The notes beneath the pieces were generated by a model. It did not search any database and was not told the DNA's origin. It saw only the letters and a program-made list of their open reading frames with translations. From Octopus vulgaris (taxonomy: Eukaryota): a stretch of DNA of 64,000 bases. Both the position numbers and the translations under genes were made by a program. The first letter of the stretch is position 1. The number at the start of each line of letters is the position of its first letter. This document shows positions 1-12,478 of the stretch, piece after piece. The DNA lies in the NCBI GenBank assembly GCA_951406725.2, contig OX597817.1, positions 59,520,001 to 59,584,000 of the forward strand, in the 5' to 3' direction.

Positions 1-61
1 TACTGGACTTTGCATATTTTACCCCAGTGTCACTTTGATGGCATGCACTGCTCTCTCACTC

Positions 62-93
<32 letters not shown>

Positions 94-111
94 TAATAAT
101 AATAATAATAG

Positions 112-308
112 GGGCTGCAATAAGGGTGGAACACTTGCAGAAAACAACACTGCTTGGAGCTGCTTGAATACTCCAGAAGGTGCTCAAAAAATAAGAGGTG
201 TTTCCTTAATTCAAAGGTAGTGAACAGCTGACACCGTAGTACAGCTCCAGCGTTAGAAGCTGTGCAAAGGCAATGGTAATAATAATAATAATAATAATGA
301 TAATAATG

Positions 309-360
<52 letters not shown>
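112..360 (+). mobile_element. 3' end of an R4/Dong-type non-LTR retrotransposon with (AAT)n tail
   Basis: Reads ...LQKTTLLGAA*ILQKVLKK* (typical RLE-LINE C-terminus), then a UTR and (AAT)n. A closely similar copy lies on the minus strand at ~27390-27790. Flanked by (AAT)n on both sides. Confidence 0.75.
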
Positions 361-1625
361 AACTACAATATTCTCAACTGGACTCAAAATGAACTAATCA
401 AAATAGACAGGAAAACAAAAAAATAATGACAGGATTTAGGATGCACCACCCAAAATCTGACATAGAAAGGCTGTATATACAATGTATCGAATGTGGTAGA
501 GGCCTTAAACAGCTAGAAAACTATTATAAAATAACCACCGTAGGACTACAGAAATACCTACTTTATAAGTAAGGAAAACTAATACAAATAGCCACAAAAC
601 ACGAACGAAACAAAAAATTGCTTTTTGTCTTTAAAGAAGCTGACAAATACAAAAAAGAAATCATAGTATCTAACAACTATAAAGAAAAAGAAGAAACAAA
701 AAAAGCTGTAAAACAACTGAAATCCAAACTAAAACTGGAAGGGATCATGATAAAGCGATGGCAAGAAAAGCCCCTACATGGCAAATATTGGGTTGAGCTA
801 AGCAGAAAAGAAATAGACAAAGCAAAACCCTAACCATGGTTAAGAAGCTCGGGACTCAAAGCAGAGACTGAAGGATTTTTAATTGCAGCACAAGATCAAA
901 GCCTTCCCACCAGAAATCACCAAAAACATGTAATGAAAAGAAATATAACAAGTAACTACAGAATATGTGGAGATGGAGAAGAAACAATAAATCATATTAT
1001 CTCTGGCTGCCCAGTCCTGGCTAAGAAGGAATATATTCACAGACACGACAGAGTTGGGACCTATATACACTGGAAGCTATGCCAACATTATGAAATAACA
1101 ACAGAAAAAAGATGGTATAGGCACACCCCAGAAAAGGTCACAGAAAATGAGAAAGTAACCATACTCTGGGATACACAAATAGAGAAATTAAGGCCAACAG
1201 ACCAGATATAGTTGTCAGAGATCATGAAGGAAAAAAATGATTTCTAATTGATGTATCAATACCAGCAGATGACAACGTGTCTCTAAAAGAAATGGAGAAA
1301 CTTTCAAAATACAAAGATCTGGAAATAGAGGTAACTAGAATGTGGAATCTAAAAACAGAAACAATTCCTATCATAGTAAGTGCATTAGGTATGATAAAAA
1401 AAGACATTCAGAGAAATACATAACAAAAACACCAGGACTAACAAATATATATATAACATACAGAAAATAGAGCTACTAGGCACTGCACACATCCTACATA
1501 AAACACTTTCAATACAATAAAAATAAGAGCATCACAACAAATCACAGCACATACCCAAGGCACACAGAACTGCACTTGGTAGTGCAATGAAAGGACGAAA
1601 TAAAGATAAGACTACTGAACAGTAA
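361..1625 (+). mobile_element. 5'-truncated, frameshifted R4/Dong-type LINE (RT C-terminal region, CCHC knuckle, restriction-like endonuclease)
   Basis: Translations: DRKTKKIMTGFRMHHPKSDIERLY..GRGL; WQEKPLHGKY; ETEGFLIAAQDQSLPTRN; YRICGDGEETINHIISGC (CCHC with first C lost); HRHD; RPDIV..LIDVSIP..EKLSKYKDL. Contains stops and frameshifts. Confidence 0.9.
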
Positions 1626-1635
1626 GAATAATAAT

Positions 1636-2122
1636 GTAAGATTTTGTGAGACTTTCCTATTCAAAAGGACAAGAAATTAGAAAATAGTAGACCAGACAGA
1701 ACAATTATAGATAGGGAAAAGTGAAGTTTCTTACTTATCGACCCATCACACCCATGTGATTCCAGGATCGGAAAGAAAGAGGCAGAAAAACAGAAAAAAT
1801 GCAATCGCTTAAAATTTGAAATAGGAAGAATTTGGAGCAAGCAAACCGTAAAGGTCGTGCCTATAATAATTGTTGCGTTGGGAACAGTAAGCCAAAAGGT
1901 AGACAAATGGCTGAAGGAAATTGGAATAGAATGCCCGACAGAGCTCCTACAGAAAGTTTGTCTCTTAGGGACAGCAATGATTATCAGGAGAGTTCTAAGC
2001 TCTTGAAAGATTGTTGAAAACTTGTGGATACTTAAGGTTACAGGTAGTAACCCGCTAGCCACATAATTCCTTCCAAGAATAAGACTGAACCTGAGCCAAA
2101 CCAATATAACAATAATAATAAT
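1636..2122 (+). mobile_element. Second R4/Dong-type LINE family, endonuclease-domain 3' fragment
   Basis: Reads DFPIQKDKKLENSRPD..LIDPSHPCD..LKFEIGRIW..VVPIIIVALG..LQKVCLLGTAMIIRRVL*, then a UTR and AAT tail. A related copy lies on the minus strand at 28400-29450. Confidence 0.85.
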
Positions 2123-2270
2123 AACATCGAAAAATACCTTTGGAATGAGAACCCAGGTTTGAAATTTCCCCAAGACACTCGAAGAAGGCTGGAGGGTATA
2201 TCAACCGAAATGTGTTAGCAACAAACAAGATGAGTACAAATATCCATCAAATGTAAATAATGTAAATAAC
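2110..2270 (+). mobile_element. 3' half of the hammerhead-bearing SINE-like element (same family as 45198-45540), decayed core
   Basis: Matches 45459-45540 and the reverse complement of 45225-45345. Hammerhead remnant GACAC TCGAAGA A GGCTG..CAACC GAAA T GTGTT at 2174-2216. Confidence 0.75.
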
Positions 2271-2412
2271 GAGAGTAACAAGAAAATAATGTCTGTTTGT
2301 ATTTCTTCATTACAGAGCCTAAAATCTATCTTGAACCACCACAGCTAAAAGTTTCATTATTTTACCTTCTTATCAAATGAAGTTCTTCTTCCCAATCAAT
2401 TAAAAAAAATCT

Positions 2413-2553
<141 letters not shown>

Positions 2554-3016
2554 TCATAATCAAATTATGTTTATTCTGCATTCAGTTTGTTTACTGTGTT
2601 TCTTTAATTGTTTTAGAAACTCTCGTTTATTAATTATTGATCGTCTTCTTATTGTGATCATTATTTTAGTCTTTCAAGTCAAAACTGCAGGATCTTTTTC
2701 TCTGGTTTCATGTTAATATATACTTCATCATCATCATCATCATTGTTTAACGTCCGCTTTCCATGCTGGCATGGGTTGGACGACTAGACTGAGGGCTGGC
2801 GAACCAGGAGGCTGCACCAGGCTCCAATCCAATCTGGCAATGTTTCTACAGCTGGATGCTCTTCCTAATGCCAACCACTCCGAGAGTGCAGCAGATGCTT
2901 TTTATGTTTCACTGGCATGAGGGCCAGTCAAGTGGTACTGGCATTGGTCACGCTTGAATGGTGCCTTTTATGCGCCACTGGAACAGGTGCCAATAAGGTG
3001 GTATTGTATTCCAGAA

Positions 3017-3250
3017 AAGGCGGCGAGCTGGCAGAAACGTTAGCACGCCGGGCGAAATGCTTAGCAGTATTTCGTCTGCGTTACATTGTGAGTTCAAATT
3101 CCGGCGTGGTCGACTTTGCCTTTCATCCTTTCGGGGTCGATAAATTAAGTACCAGGTACACACTGGGGTCGATGTAATCGACTTAATACCTATGTCTGTC
3201 CTTGTTTGTCCCCTCTGTGTTTAGCCCCTTGTGGGTAATAAAGAAATAGG
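3017..3250 (+). mobile_element. tRNA-derived SINE family A (representative copy)
   Basis: Head GGCGGCGAGCTGGCAGAAACGTTAGCAC..GAGTTCAAATTCC (A/B-box-like) and conserved core GACTTTGCCTTTCATCCTTTCGGGGTCGATAAATTAAGTACCAG. Other copies at ~19300-19530, 26380-26895 (3 in tandem), 28190-28390, 37137-37357, 41890-42090(-), 44828-45185, 47270-47492(-), 51545-51690, 55462-55665 and 60940-61840. Confidence 0.9.
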
Positions 3251-4059
3251 TATTGTAGTCCAGAAAACACACAGAGACGCATACATAGTCTCTATTTCTC
3301 TCAAACGCAACTGCACACTGTCGTGTTCTTATTCTTTCTTTCTCTCTCACACACACACACATACGCGCACACACACACATACGCACACACACACATACGC
3401 GCACACACACACATACACACACACACTTTCAACTACACTAACACTCCTTCTCATCCAGTTTATAATTATCACTTATACAAACCACACCTCCACCCTGTCA
3501 CTCCTCACACCCTTATAACCCCTCCCTCACTCCTCCCCTATTCCACTATCCTCATCTTCTCCTATGCTCCCCCCTTGCTCTTCTTTCGAATCTTTGCTCT
3601 AGCATCTCATCACAACCATCTTATCTTCTTCCCATCTACTACCATCCACTTTTATATAATGTAGGGTTGGTCATGCCTCTTCTCTATAGCAAGACACCTG
3701 CCCCTCTATCATACTTTAAATTTCCAACACATGCCATAAAAATACACCCCTCTCAGATGCTCCCCCTGTCCACATACATGAGGGAGTCAGTGGGTAGAGG
3801 TTGGGATCGTTTTCCTGTTTTGCAAGTTACTCGGTGACCTCACCTATGCCAGTGGCAAGGAGAATGGAAGAATGGCACCCAGTATACACTGTAAGAAGCT
3901 GTGCCAAAGTTGACATTGGATGTTGATGCAGCCCTGCAACTCATTGGATCCTGTCAAACTATGCCAGCACGGTGGGCGGGGGAAGGGGCATCGTTAAAAG
4001 ATGAGGAGGATGAAGTTAACATTGGCACCACCACCAATGCCCAGCGATGAGAAATCTGT

Positions 4060-5030
4060 GAAAGCACTGTCCGAATGTGACAGACGCCAGCGCCACCTGA
4101 CTGGCGTCCGTGTCGGTGACACATAAAAAGCACCAACCAATCATAGCCGTTGCCAGCCTCCCCTGGCCCCTGTGCTGGTGGCACGTAAAAAGCACCCACT
4201 ACACTCATGGAGTGATTGGCATTAGGAAGGGCATCCAGCTGTAGAAACACTGCCAAATCAGACTGGTGCCTGGTGCAGCCTCCTGGCTTCCCAGACCCCG
4301 GTCGAACCATCCAACTCATGCTAGCATGGAAAATGGTGATGATGATGATGATGATGATGATTCTGTTTATTCTATACGGATGTAAGAAAAACACTTGAAG
4401 TGAGTCTCTGTCAATGACCGTACCATCCCATGCTGGTTTCAAGTTAGTTTGGTGCTTTTCTCAGAATTACACACACACACACACACACACTCTCTCTCTT
4501 TCTCTCTCTCCTCTCTCTCTCGCAAAGCCAAGTGAGATTGTAGTGGTGGCCAATGCCTGTGTCGCATAACTGACCCGTTGTAAGCACCCATCAATCATAG
4601 GGCGATATGCTGTGCTTGTGAAAACCTCTCAAACTGAGGGAAATCGTAGTCATGGCTGATGCCAGTGCCATCTGACTGGCACCCATGCCAGTGGCGCATG
4701 AAAGAAACAATTCAAGCATTGGACCTCATGGACACAGTGACAGGTGACCAAAACTTTTGGTGATACACCACGCTTGTGTTGACTTGTCAAGCCAAATGAG
4801 ACGATAATCATGGCCGATGCCACTACATCCACTGCACTCTCGTAGTGGTTGGTATTAGGATGGGCATCCAGCTGTAGAAACCTTGCCAAACAAGATCGGA
4901 ACCTGGTACAGACCCCATCACCACCAGCTTGCCAGTTTTCTGTCAAACGGTCCAACCCATGCCAGCATGGAAAGCGGATGTTAAATGATGAGGATGATGA
5001 TAATGATGATGATGATGATGATGATGATAC
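4060..5030 (+). mobile_element. Two 5'-truncated RTE-type LINE 3' ends with (GAT)n tails
   Basis: Shared 3' sequence TTAGGAAGGGCATCCAGCTGTAGAAAC...AACCCATGCCAGCATGGAAAGCGGACGTTAAACGATGATGAT, also seen in more than 20 copies across the window. Confidence 0.8.
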
Positions 5031-5275
5031 TCTTTACTCTCTCTTTTACTTTTTTTCTTGTTTCAGTCATTTGACTGTGGCCATGCTGGAGCACCGCCTT
5101 TAGTCGAGAAAATCGACCCCAGGACTTATTCTTTGTAAGCCTAGTACTTATTTTATCTGTCTCTTTTGCCGAACCGCTAAATTACAGAGACATAAACACA
5201 CCAGCTTGTCAAGCGATGTTGGGAGCACAAACACAGACTCACAAACATATACATACACATACATACACATACATA

Positions 5276-5332
<57 letters not shown>

Positions 5333-5356
5333 GTGTGTGTGATTGTGTATAGAAGA

Positions 5357-5523
5357 ATATATTAATAAAAAATACTTGTCGATTTTCACGTTTTATTTAC
5401 AATCTTATATATATATTCTGATTGATAGTACTTCATATGAATTCTGATCTTCGTATAATAGTTCAATAGAATGAATATTTACATAAATAAAACGTGAAAA
5501 TCAGACAGGTTGGAATTCTTTTA

Positions 5524-5530
<7 letters not shown>
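5357..5530. repeat. Foldback (inverted repeat) element in (TA)n, inside a split SINE B copy
   Basis: ATATTAATAAAA..TTGTCGATTTTCACGTTTTATTTA pairs with TAAATAAAACGTGAAAATCAGACAGG..TTTTATTAATAT. Inner ATTCTGATTGA / TCAATAGAAT also pair. Confidence 0.75.
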
Positions 5531-5582
<52 letters not shown>

Positions 5583-6234
5583 TATACATTATACGACGGT
5601 TTTTCTGTCTACCAAATCCACTCACAAGGCTTTGGTCAGCCCAAGGCTATAGTAGAAGATACTTGTCCAAGGTTCCACGCAGTGGGACTGAACCTGTAAC
5701 CATGTGGTTGGTAAGATGATGATGACTGCTTGATGTGAAGAAGCATGGCTTAGGGATTCAGGAACTCATGATCGTAAAGATGTAGGATTGATTCTCAGAG
5801 CATGAATCATGACAAACCCAATGACAATGACAGCTGTCCCTCTCTCTTTCTCTTTAGATGTCACATCCTTGATATTCTACTGGATCAAGGGTGGAAGAGA
5901 TGACAAACTGTGGCAATGACACATTTTAACACAGCTGTTTATCTTCTATTTATTTGTATATTTATTCTTTGGCTACAAAGCTGCACTAGTGATTCAAGGG
6001 TCAAGAGTCCAAGAGTGCATTGTGGTGACCAAATGCACAAAACTCTCAGCACCTCAGGCATTTCTGTAGTTTTGCATCTAAACAATTATGAAATTAATTA
6101 TACTCTGCTTTTGCATATTGAGTCCTATTTCTCCTGTTTCTGCAACCAAACACACACATATGTATGTATATACACACATATATATGTGTGTGTCTCTATG
6201 TATATATATATATATATATATACAAATATATATA

Positions 6235-6802
6235 CATCAACATCAAAATAAAAATCGTATGGATATTGTAGTTGTGATACCTGTGCAAGTGGCACGTAGG
6301 GCCTCACAGAGGAAATGACGAAGACCAAGACCTCTGAGATATGCTGTGACTGTGAAGTCCCAATAAATGAAGTGAGTTCATGGCTTGCTAACCTTGGATG
6401 TGCTAACCTTGGATCGTAGAGTGACCCGCTGTTCTTGAGGAGACCTACTGAGTCAAGTACGTCAACAACATCGAAATAAAAATCAAATGGAAATTGTAGT
6501 TAAGACACCCGTGCCAGTGACATGTAAAAAGCACCGTCCGAACGTGGCAGATGGCAGTGCCGCCTGACTGGTGTCCGTGTTGGTGACACGTAAAAGCACC
6601 AACCGATCGTGGCCCCTGTGCTGCCGGCACATAAAAAGCACCCACTACACTCACAGAGTGGTTGGTGTTAGGAAGGGCATGCAGCTGTAGAAACACTGCC
6701 AGATCAGACTGGAGCCTGGTGCAGCCTCATGGCTTCCCAGACCCCAGTCAAACCATCCAACCCATGCTAGCATGGAAAATGGACGTTAAACGATGATGAT
6801 GA

Positions 6803-6806
<4 letters not shown>
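6235..6806 (+). mobile_element. RTE-type LINE 3' end
   Basis: ORF-end remnant GGCCTCACAGAGGAAATGACG..GAGATATGCTGTG, tandem UTR units and GAT tail. Confidence 0.8.
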
Positions 6807-6837
<31 letters not shown>

Positions 6838-6840
<3 letters not shown>

Positions 6841-7161
6841 ACTGGCACTCTGTCGTTTACGACGACAAGGGTTCCAGTTGATCCAATCAACAGAACAACT
6901 TGCTCGTGAGTTTAACATGTAAGTGGCTGAGCACTCCACAGACATGCGTACCCCTTCACATACTTCTCAAGGATATTCAGCATGACACAGAGTGTGACCA
7001 GGCTGGCCCCTTTGAATTACAAGTACTACTCATTTTTGCCAGCTGAGTGAACTGGAGCAACGTGAAATAAAGTGCCTTGCTCAAGGACATAATGCACCAC
7101 TGGGAATCGAACTCGTGACCCTACAATCGCGAGCCGAATACCCTAACCACTAAGCCATGCA
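6838..7161 (-). mobile_element. tRNA-derived SINE family E
   Basis: Minus strand reads GCATGGCTTAGTGGTTAGGG..GAGTTCGATTCCC (A/B boxes), then CORE-like GTCCTTGAGCAAGGCACTT. Related copies at ~41690-41820(-), 46880-47130(+) and 57360-57620(-). Confidence 0.85.
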
Positions 7162-7165
7162 ATAA

Positions 7166-7506
7166 TTCTAGAACAGAATTTATAAACATTTAATACATTG
7201 CTACACATGTTTCCACATGTCACATGATTTTGATATCAGAGTCCGTATCCTTGTGATGAGAACAGTATAGTCTGTATATTATTTCCTCAGGCCAGTATGA
7301 AGGGATAAGCATCCCTTTGCAATTCATCTGATAATGCAGTATTACTTGATGGAAAGAATCAATGATGGTGATCAACTGGATGGCCATGGATAATATGGAC
7401 TAATCTGGACACATCCCAAGGATACTGACTCTGATGTCAAAAGTCATGTGATTTGTGGAAACACATGTAGCGGTGTACTAAATATTTACAAATTCCATCC
7501 TAGAAA
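7166..7506. repeat. Diverged inverted repeat (~130-bp arms), possibly a Penelope-type inverted terminal repeat
   Basis: 7166-7300 is the imperfect reverse complement of 7382-7506, e.g. TGATATCAGAGTCCGTATCCTTG / CAAGGATACTGACTCTGATGTCA. Confidence 0.75.
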
Positions 7507-7676
7507 TATTGTTATTATTTATCCTACATTATATTGGTATAACCATAGTGCAACCCCGAAATGATACTCGTTAGTATCATTAGACACCAGCTGGCATAAT
7601 GAAATAAGAGCTTCATTTGCATACCCTTGACGTTACCATAAACAAATTTTACAAGATATGTATATATATATACAAG

Positions 7677-7710
<34 letters not shown>

Positions 7711-7712
<2 letters not shown>

Positions 7713-8376
7713 TCATCATCATCATCATTGTTTAATGTCCGCTTTCTATGCTGGCATGGGTTGGACGGTTTGACTGAGGACTGGTGAGCCAGAGGCTGCA
7801 CCAGGCTCAATCTAATCTGGCAAAGTTTCTAAAGCTGGATGCCCTTCCTTACGCCAACCACTCTGAGAGTGTAGTGGGTGCTTTTACGTGCCACCAGTAC
7901 GAGGGCCAGTCAGACGGTTTTGGCAATGACTACGCTCTAAAGGTGTTTTTACATGCTACCCGCACAGGAGCCAGTCCAGCGGCAGTGGCAATGACCACAC
8001 TCGAATGTTGTTTTCCACGTGCCACCAGCACATGTGCCGGTAAGGCAATGCCAGCAACGATTACACTTGAATAGTGCTTTCCCTGTGTCACCGGCCGGGA
8101 GCCAATCTGTGGCCCTGGCAACGATCACTCTCAGATGTGCTTTTAACGTACTACTGGTACGAGTGCCAATCAGGCGGTACTGTCATTGGCCAAGTCAGCA
8201 ATTTTGATTTTGATTTTGATTTCACTTGCCTCAACAGGTCTTCGCAAGCAAAGTTTATTGTCCAATGAATGAGGGGTATTCATAAATGGGCTGATTGCAC
8301 CCACTGGCATAGGCCATGGGCTATGGCCTCACTTGGCTTGTCAGGTCTTCTCAAGCACAGCATATCTCAAAAGGTC
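7711..8376 (-). mobile_element. RTE-type LINE 3' end with ~5 tandem UTR units
   Basis: (CAT)n tail at 7711-7728, family 3' sequence, and repeated TTTTACGTGCCACC units. Confidence 0.85.
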
Positions 8377-8377
8377 C

Positions 8378-8451
<74 letters not shown>

Positions 8452-8459
8452 CAAAATTA

Positions 8460-9650
8460 TTTTATTCTACACGAGTAGAAATATAGGAAAAATAGAAGCT
8501 GAAAATGCACTGAGAAGAGTTAAAATATTTTCTATGAATATATTTGAAGCTTTAACCAGTTTCACAGTTTACGCTGATTTCCAAAAAGTTCAAAGAGAAA
8601 GACATTGCTTATGTTGGAGTTATTTTGCTTCTGACTTGTGTTTGAAGTTTACCCTGTTTTTAGAGGAAGTTCATGGCTCAAATTAGTATATGTTTTGGAT
8701 AGCGTTTGATTGGTAGAGGATAGTCACATGACTGGTCTTAGAAATTTTTGTATCAAGTGACAATGTTTGGTGTTGCAAGTTATGGCTGACACGGTTGACT
8801 GAACAACTTCAAACAGTCATCGCTCTGAATGTTTTCTGTCAAGTGTTTCTAGAGAACAAATATGCGATTAAGTTTATAACCTTTTGTACGTTTCCCACTA
8901 CGTCTGTCCACCAGTGTCACATGACTATATATTTTGCACCTAAAAAGAAGGCCGGCACAATTGAGTTAACATGTTTAGTTATAATCAAGGCACTCCAAAT
9001 TTAATCTGGAGTCGTTTGTATGTGGTCCAGTGGCTAAAGTCTAGGTTGTTAGCTGTGTAGGTTCCTCATGATAAATGCTAGCATGAGTTTTGTGTGTGAA
9101 TAGTCATCTGTTAAAGTTTGGTATGTCTTGGTTTGTACTTTTGTATGAAAGTATTTCCTTTGTTTATCCATGCTTCATCTGTGGTATTCGCTGAACATAG
9201 GTAGATTGGGAAGACCTTGAATTTGGGAGACTTATTTTTTGCACATGTCTATGTGTCCAGTCAGTGGAATCTGTCTAGTAGAGGGGTCTCGTATTTGTTG
9301 TTGGTGAATGGTCAGTCTGTCTCTTAGAGTAAGCTTTGTTTGACCTATGTAATTTTCATTACATCCTTGACATCTGATAACATATATTAAATTCCTTGAA
9401 GAACTTGTAAAGTGATTTTTTATGGTAAAAATCTGTCCTGATTTGAATTTGTATGTTGTGTCTTCAGTAAAGTTGATGCAAGCTTTGAACACCAGTCAGA
9501 AGCAAAACAGCTGCAACATAAGCCACGTCTTTCTATTTGAACTTTTTGAAAATCAGCGTAAACTGTGAAATTGGTTAAAGCTTTAAATATATAAATAAAA
9601 AATATTTTAACTATTCTCAGTGCATTTTCAACTCCTGTTTTTCTTATATA
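8460..9650 (-). mobile_element. Penelope-like element remnant: GIY-YIG endonuclease fragment with terminal repeat and inverted partial terminal repeat
   Basis: ORF 9232-9492(-) reads NLIYVIRCQGCNENYIGQTKLTLRDRLTIHQQQI (GIY-YIG motifs, R..H). 8478-8648 is the reverse complement of 9482-9648. Flanked by (TA)n. Confidence 0.9.
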
Positions 9651-9654
9651 TATA

Positions 9655-9850
9655 TCACCATGATAGATCGCTAGCCACTAAACCTTTTTCTATTTTCTCT
9701 CCCTGTTTATTTCTGCATTCCTTTCTGTTGAAGAGTGTAGGCTTGAAACATAAAAGACTTTCTCACTTCCTGAGCATTAAACTAATACATCTGTTTGTTG
9801 TTTACACATTCGTCTTTGTCTGTTTTTTGTTTTTTTTTGTAAATTCTCAC

Positions 9851-9852
<2 letters not shown>
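9655..9852 (+). mobile_element. Short Penelope-terminal-repeat-like element with hammerhead variant (family 2)
   Basis: Same element at 37375-37570 and 55697-55872, always next to (TA)n. Motif cttt CTGTTGA A GAGT gtag GCTT GAAA CA TA aaag at 9721-9756. Confidence 0.7.
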
Positions 9853-10124
<272 letters not shown>

Positions 10125-10825
10125 GTCATCATCATCACTTAACGTCCGCTTTCCATGCTGGCATAGGTTGGACGGTTTGAATGAGGACTGGCGAACCAGA
10201 TGGCTGCACCAGGCTCCAATCTGATCTGGCAGAGTTTCTACAGCTGGATGCCCTTCCTGATGTCAACCACTCCACGAGGGCCAGTCAGACAGTACTGGCA
10301 CTGACCATGCTCAAATGGTGTTTTTATGTACCACCTGCACAGGAGCCAGTCCAGCGGCACTGGCAATGGCCTTGCTTGAATGGTTTTTCACATGTCACCG
10401 ATACAAGTGCCAGTAAGACACATTTCTAGCTCTTTAGCCAATATCAATGAGAAATAACAGTTAAAGATCTAGAAAAACCTCTGGAAATCCAATAGATGGC
10501 AGCCCTAAGAGAGAATGTTTCTCATAAGAGAGAATGTTTCTCCACTGTAACTGCAATAAATTTGACTTTTAGCAGTCGAAATATCTCACGAATGTATTTT
10601 AATTAACCTAAACTTTGCGTATGCCTAAACACTGCTTAACCAAAGTAGCATTAATTTACTGAGTGTGTTCAATTTGCCTCAATTGATGAATAGATCAATT
10701 GAGGAAACTTATCAATAATGTACCTATAATGAATACTGGAAACAGCTGTAAGCCAAATTTGCTCAAATAAAGGAATAATATGTAATGGCCTTTATTTTTA
10801 ACTTGTTTCTTAATGTGTGTGTGTG

Positions 10826-10871
<46 letters not shown>

Positions 10872-10873
10872 CA

Positions 10874-11472
10874 TTGGTAAGAAAGTTCTTGAACAAGTCA
10901 TTGTTGCAAGACATTGAAGCCGATCCAATGCAAACTGTACATCAACTTGTGGCACAGTTTGATGCCTCCCATGTCACAATCATCAATGAATTGACTGATG
11001 TGAACAAACAAGCACGTGTCATTGTCTGCTCTGGCAAAGCTGAAGATTCGATTGGTTGGAGTCAGTAATCACTATGGATGAAAAGTAGGTTCTGTACTTC
11101 AATGTAAGGTGCAGACGATCCTGGTGTAGCAAAGGTCAACAGCCAAAACCTTCGCCAAAAGGACCGCTTATGCAAAAGAAGGTTATGATCTCAGTTTGGT
11201 TGGATTGCCATGGTGTGATCATGTTGAATCTTCTCCCACACAAAATCACCGTTGACAAGGATGTCTACCGCAAACAAATCGACCATCTAAATATCGTGCT
11301 GGCCAAAAAATGCCCAAATTTGAAGAAAATAATTTACCACCAAGACAACGCGCCAGCACATTGTGCAAAGAAGACGCCAGAGAAACTGAAGGAGGCAGGC
11401 TGGGAGATTATGGTACACCCACCATATTCTCCTGACCTTGCCCCTTCTGACTACCTGATGTCACTTCTGTGA
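10874..11472 (+). pseudogene. Mariner (DD34D) transposase remnant
   Basis: Reads VITMDEK*VLY..SW..KKVMISVW..YHQDNAPAH..HPPYSPDLAPSDY, with 34 residues between the 2nd and 3rd Asp. In-frame TAG replaces a conserved Trp. The upstream HTH part is frameshifted. Confidence 0.93.
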
Positions 11473-11820
11473 TTTTCAACACATCACCCATTGTGTCATA
11501 GTTGCACAGAAAAATGGATAGAAGCAACACCATTTGAATGTGCCATTTGTTTTGCAGAGATTGACTGATATGTCAAGAAGAATGGACAAGCTTTTGCTTT
11601 CAGTGGAATGAAAGCAAACAACACCACGTGTATGAGCAGTGAAGCTTTTGTTTACAGTCAGCAAACACACATGAAGATGAGGAGAAATATGAACTCAATC
11701 ACACAACACACACGTACACTCACTTGCATGCGCACACATATGTAAATATACATATACATTTGCCCCAGCATGACCGCAACTCTCAAGCAGAAACTAGTAA
11801 ATATATATATACATATACAT

Positions 11821-11873
<53 letters not shown>

Positions 11874-11904
11874 ATCCAAACAGGAAAACACAAAGTAGCA
11901 GTAG

Positions 11905-12478
11905 AGGGAAACCTGTGAAAGAGGTAGACTCAAGAAGACCTGGGATGAGGTGGTGAAGCACGACCTTCGAACATTGGGCACACCAAGGTGATGACAAGTG
12001 ACCAGGACCTTTGGAGATATGCTGTGCTTGAAAAGACCCAGCAAGCCAAGTGAAACTGTAACTATGGTCTATGCCAGTGCAGCATAACCGGCCCATTTAA
12101 GAGTACCCTTCAATCATTGGACAACAAACTGCACTTGCGAAGACCTGTTGAGACAAGTGAAGTTGTTGTTTTGGCTGATGACAGTACCACCTGATTGGCA
12201 ACCATGCTGGTGGCACATAAAAAGCACCATTTGTGTGTGGTTGTTGCCAGTGCCACCTGACTGGCTCCCATGTTGGTGGAATGTAAAAAGCACCATTCAA
12301 ATGTGGTTGTTGCCGATGCTGCCTGACTGGTCCCATACCAGTGGCACATAAAAAGCCTCATTCGAGTGTGTTTGTTGCCAGTGCCACCTGACTGGCTTCC
12401 TACCTGGACAACTCCTGTCAAACTATCCAACCCATGCCAGTATGAAAAACAGAGGTTAAATGATGATGATGTTGATGT
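11905..12478 (+). mobile_element. RTE-type LINE 3' end including ORF C-terminus
   Basis: Reads TCERGRLKKTWDEVVKHDLRTLG..MTSDQDLWRYAVLEKTQQAK* (RTE-type RGRP..W..D...DR..WR terminus), joined to the tandem-unit UTR and GAT tail. This copy identifies the family. Confidence 0.85.

Noticed and set aside
2315-2380. Possible exon EPKIYLEPPQLK after tttcttcattacag
   Set aside because: No good donor or partner exon in the window, so it cannot be supported.
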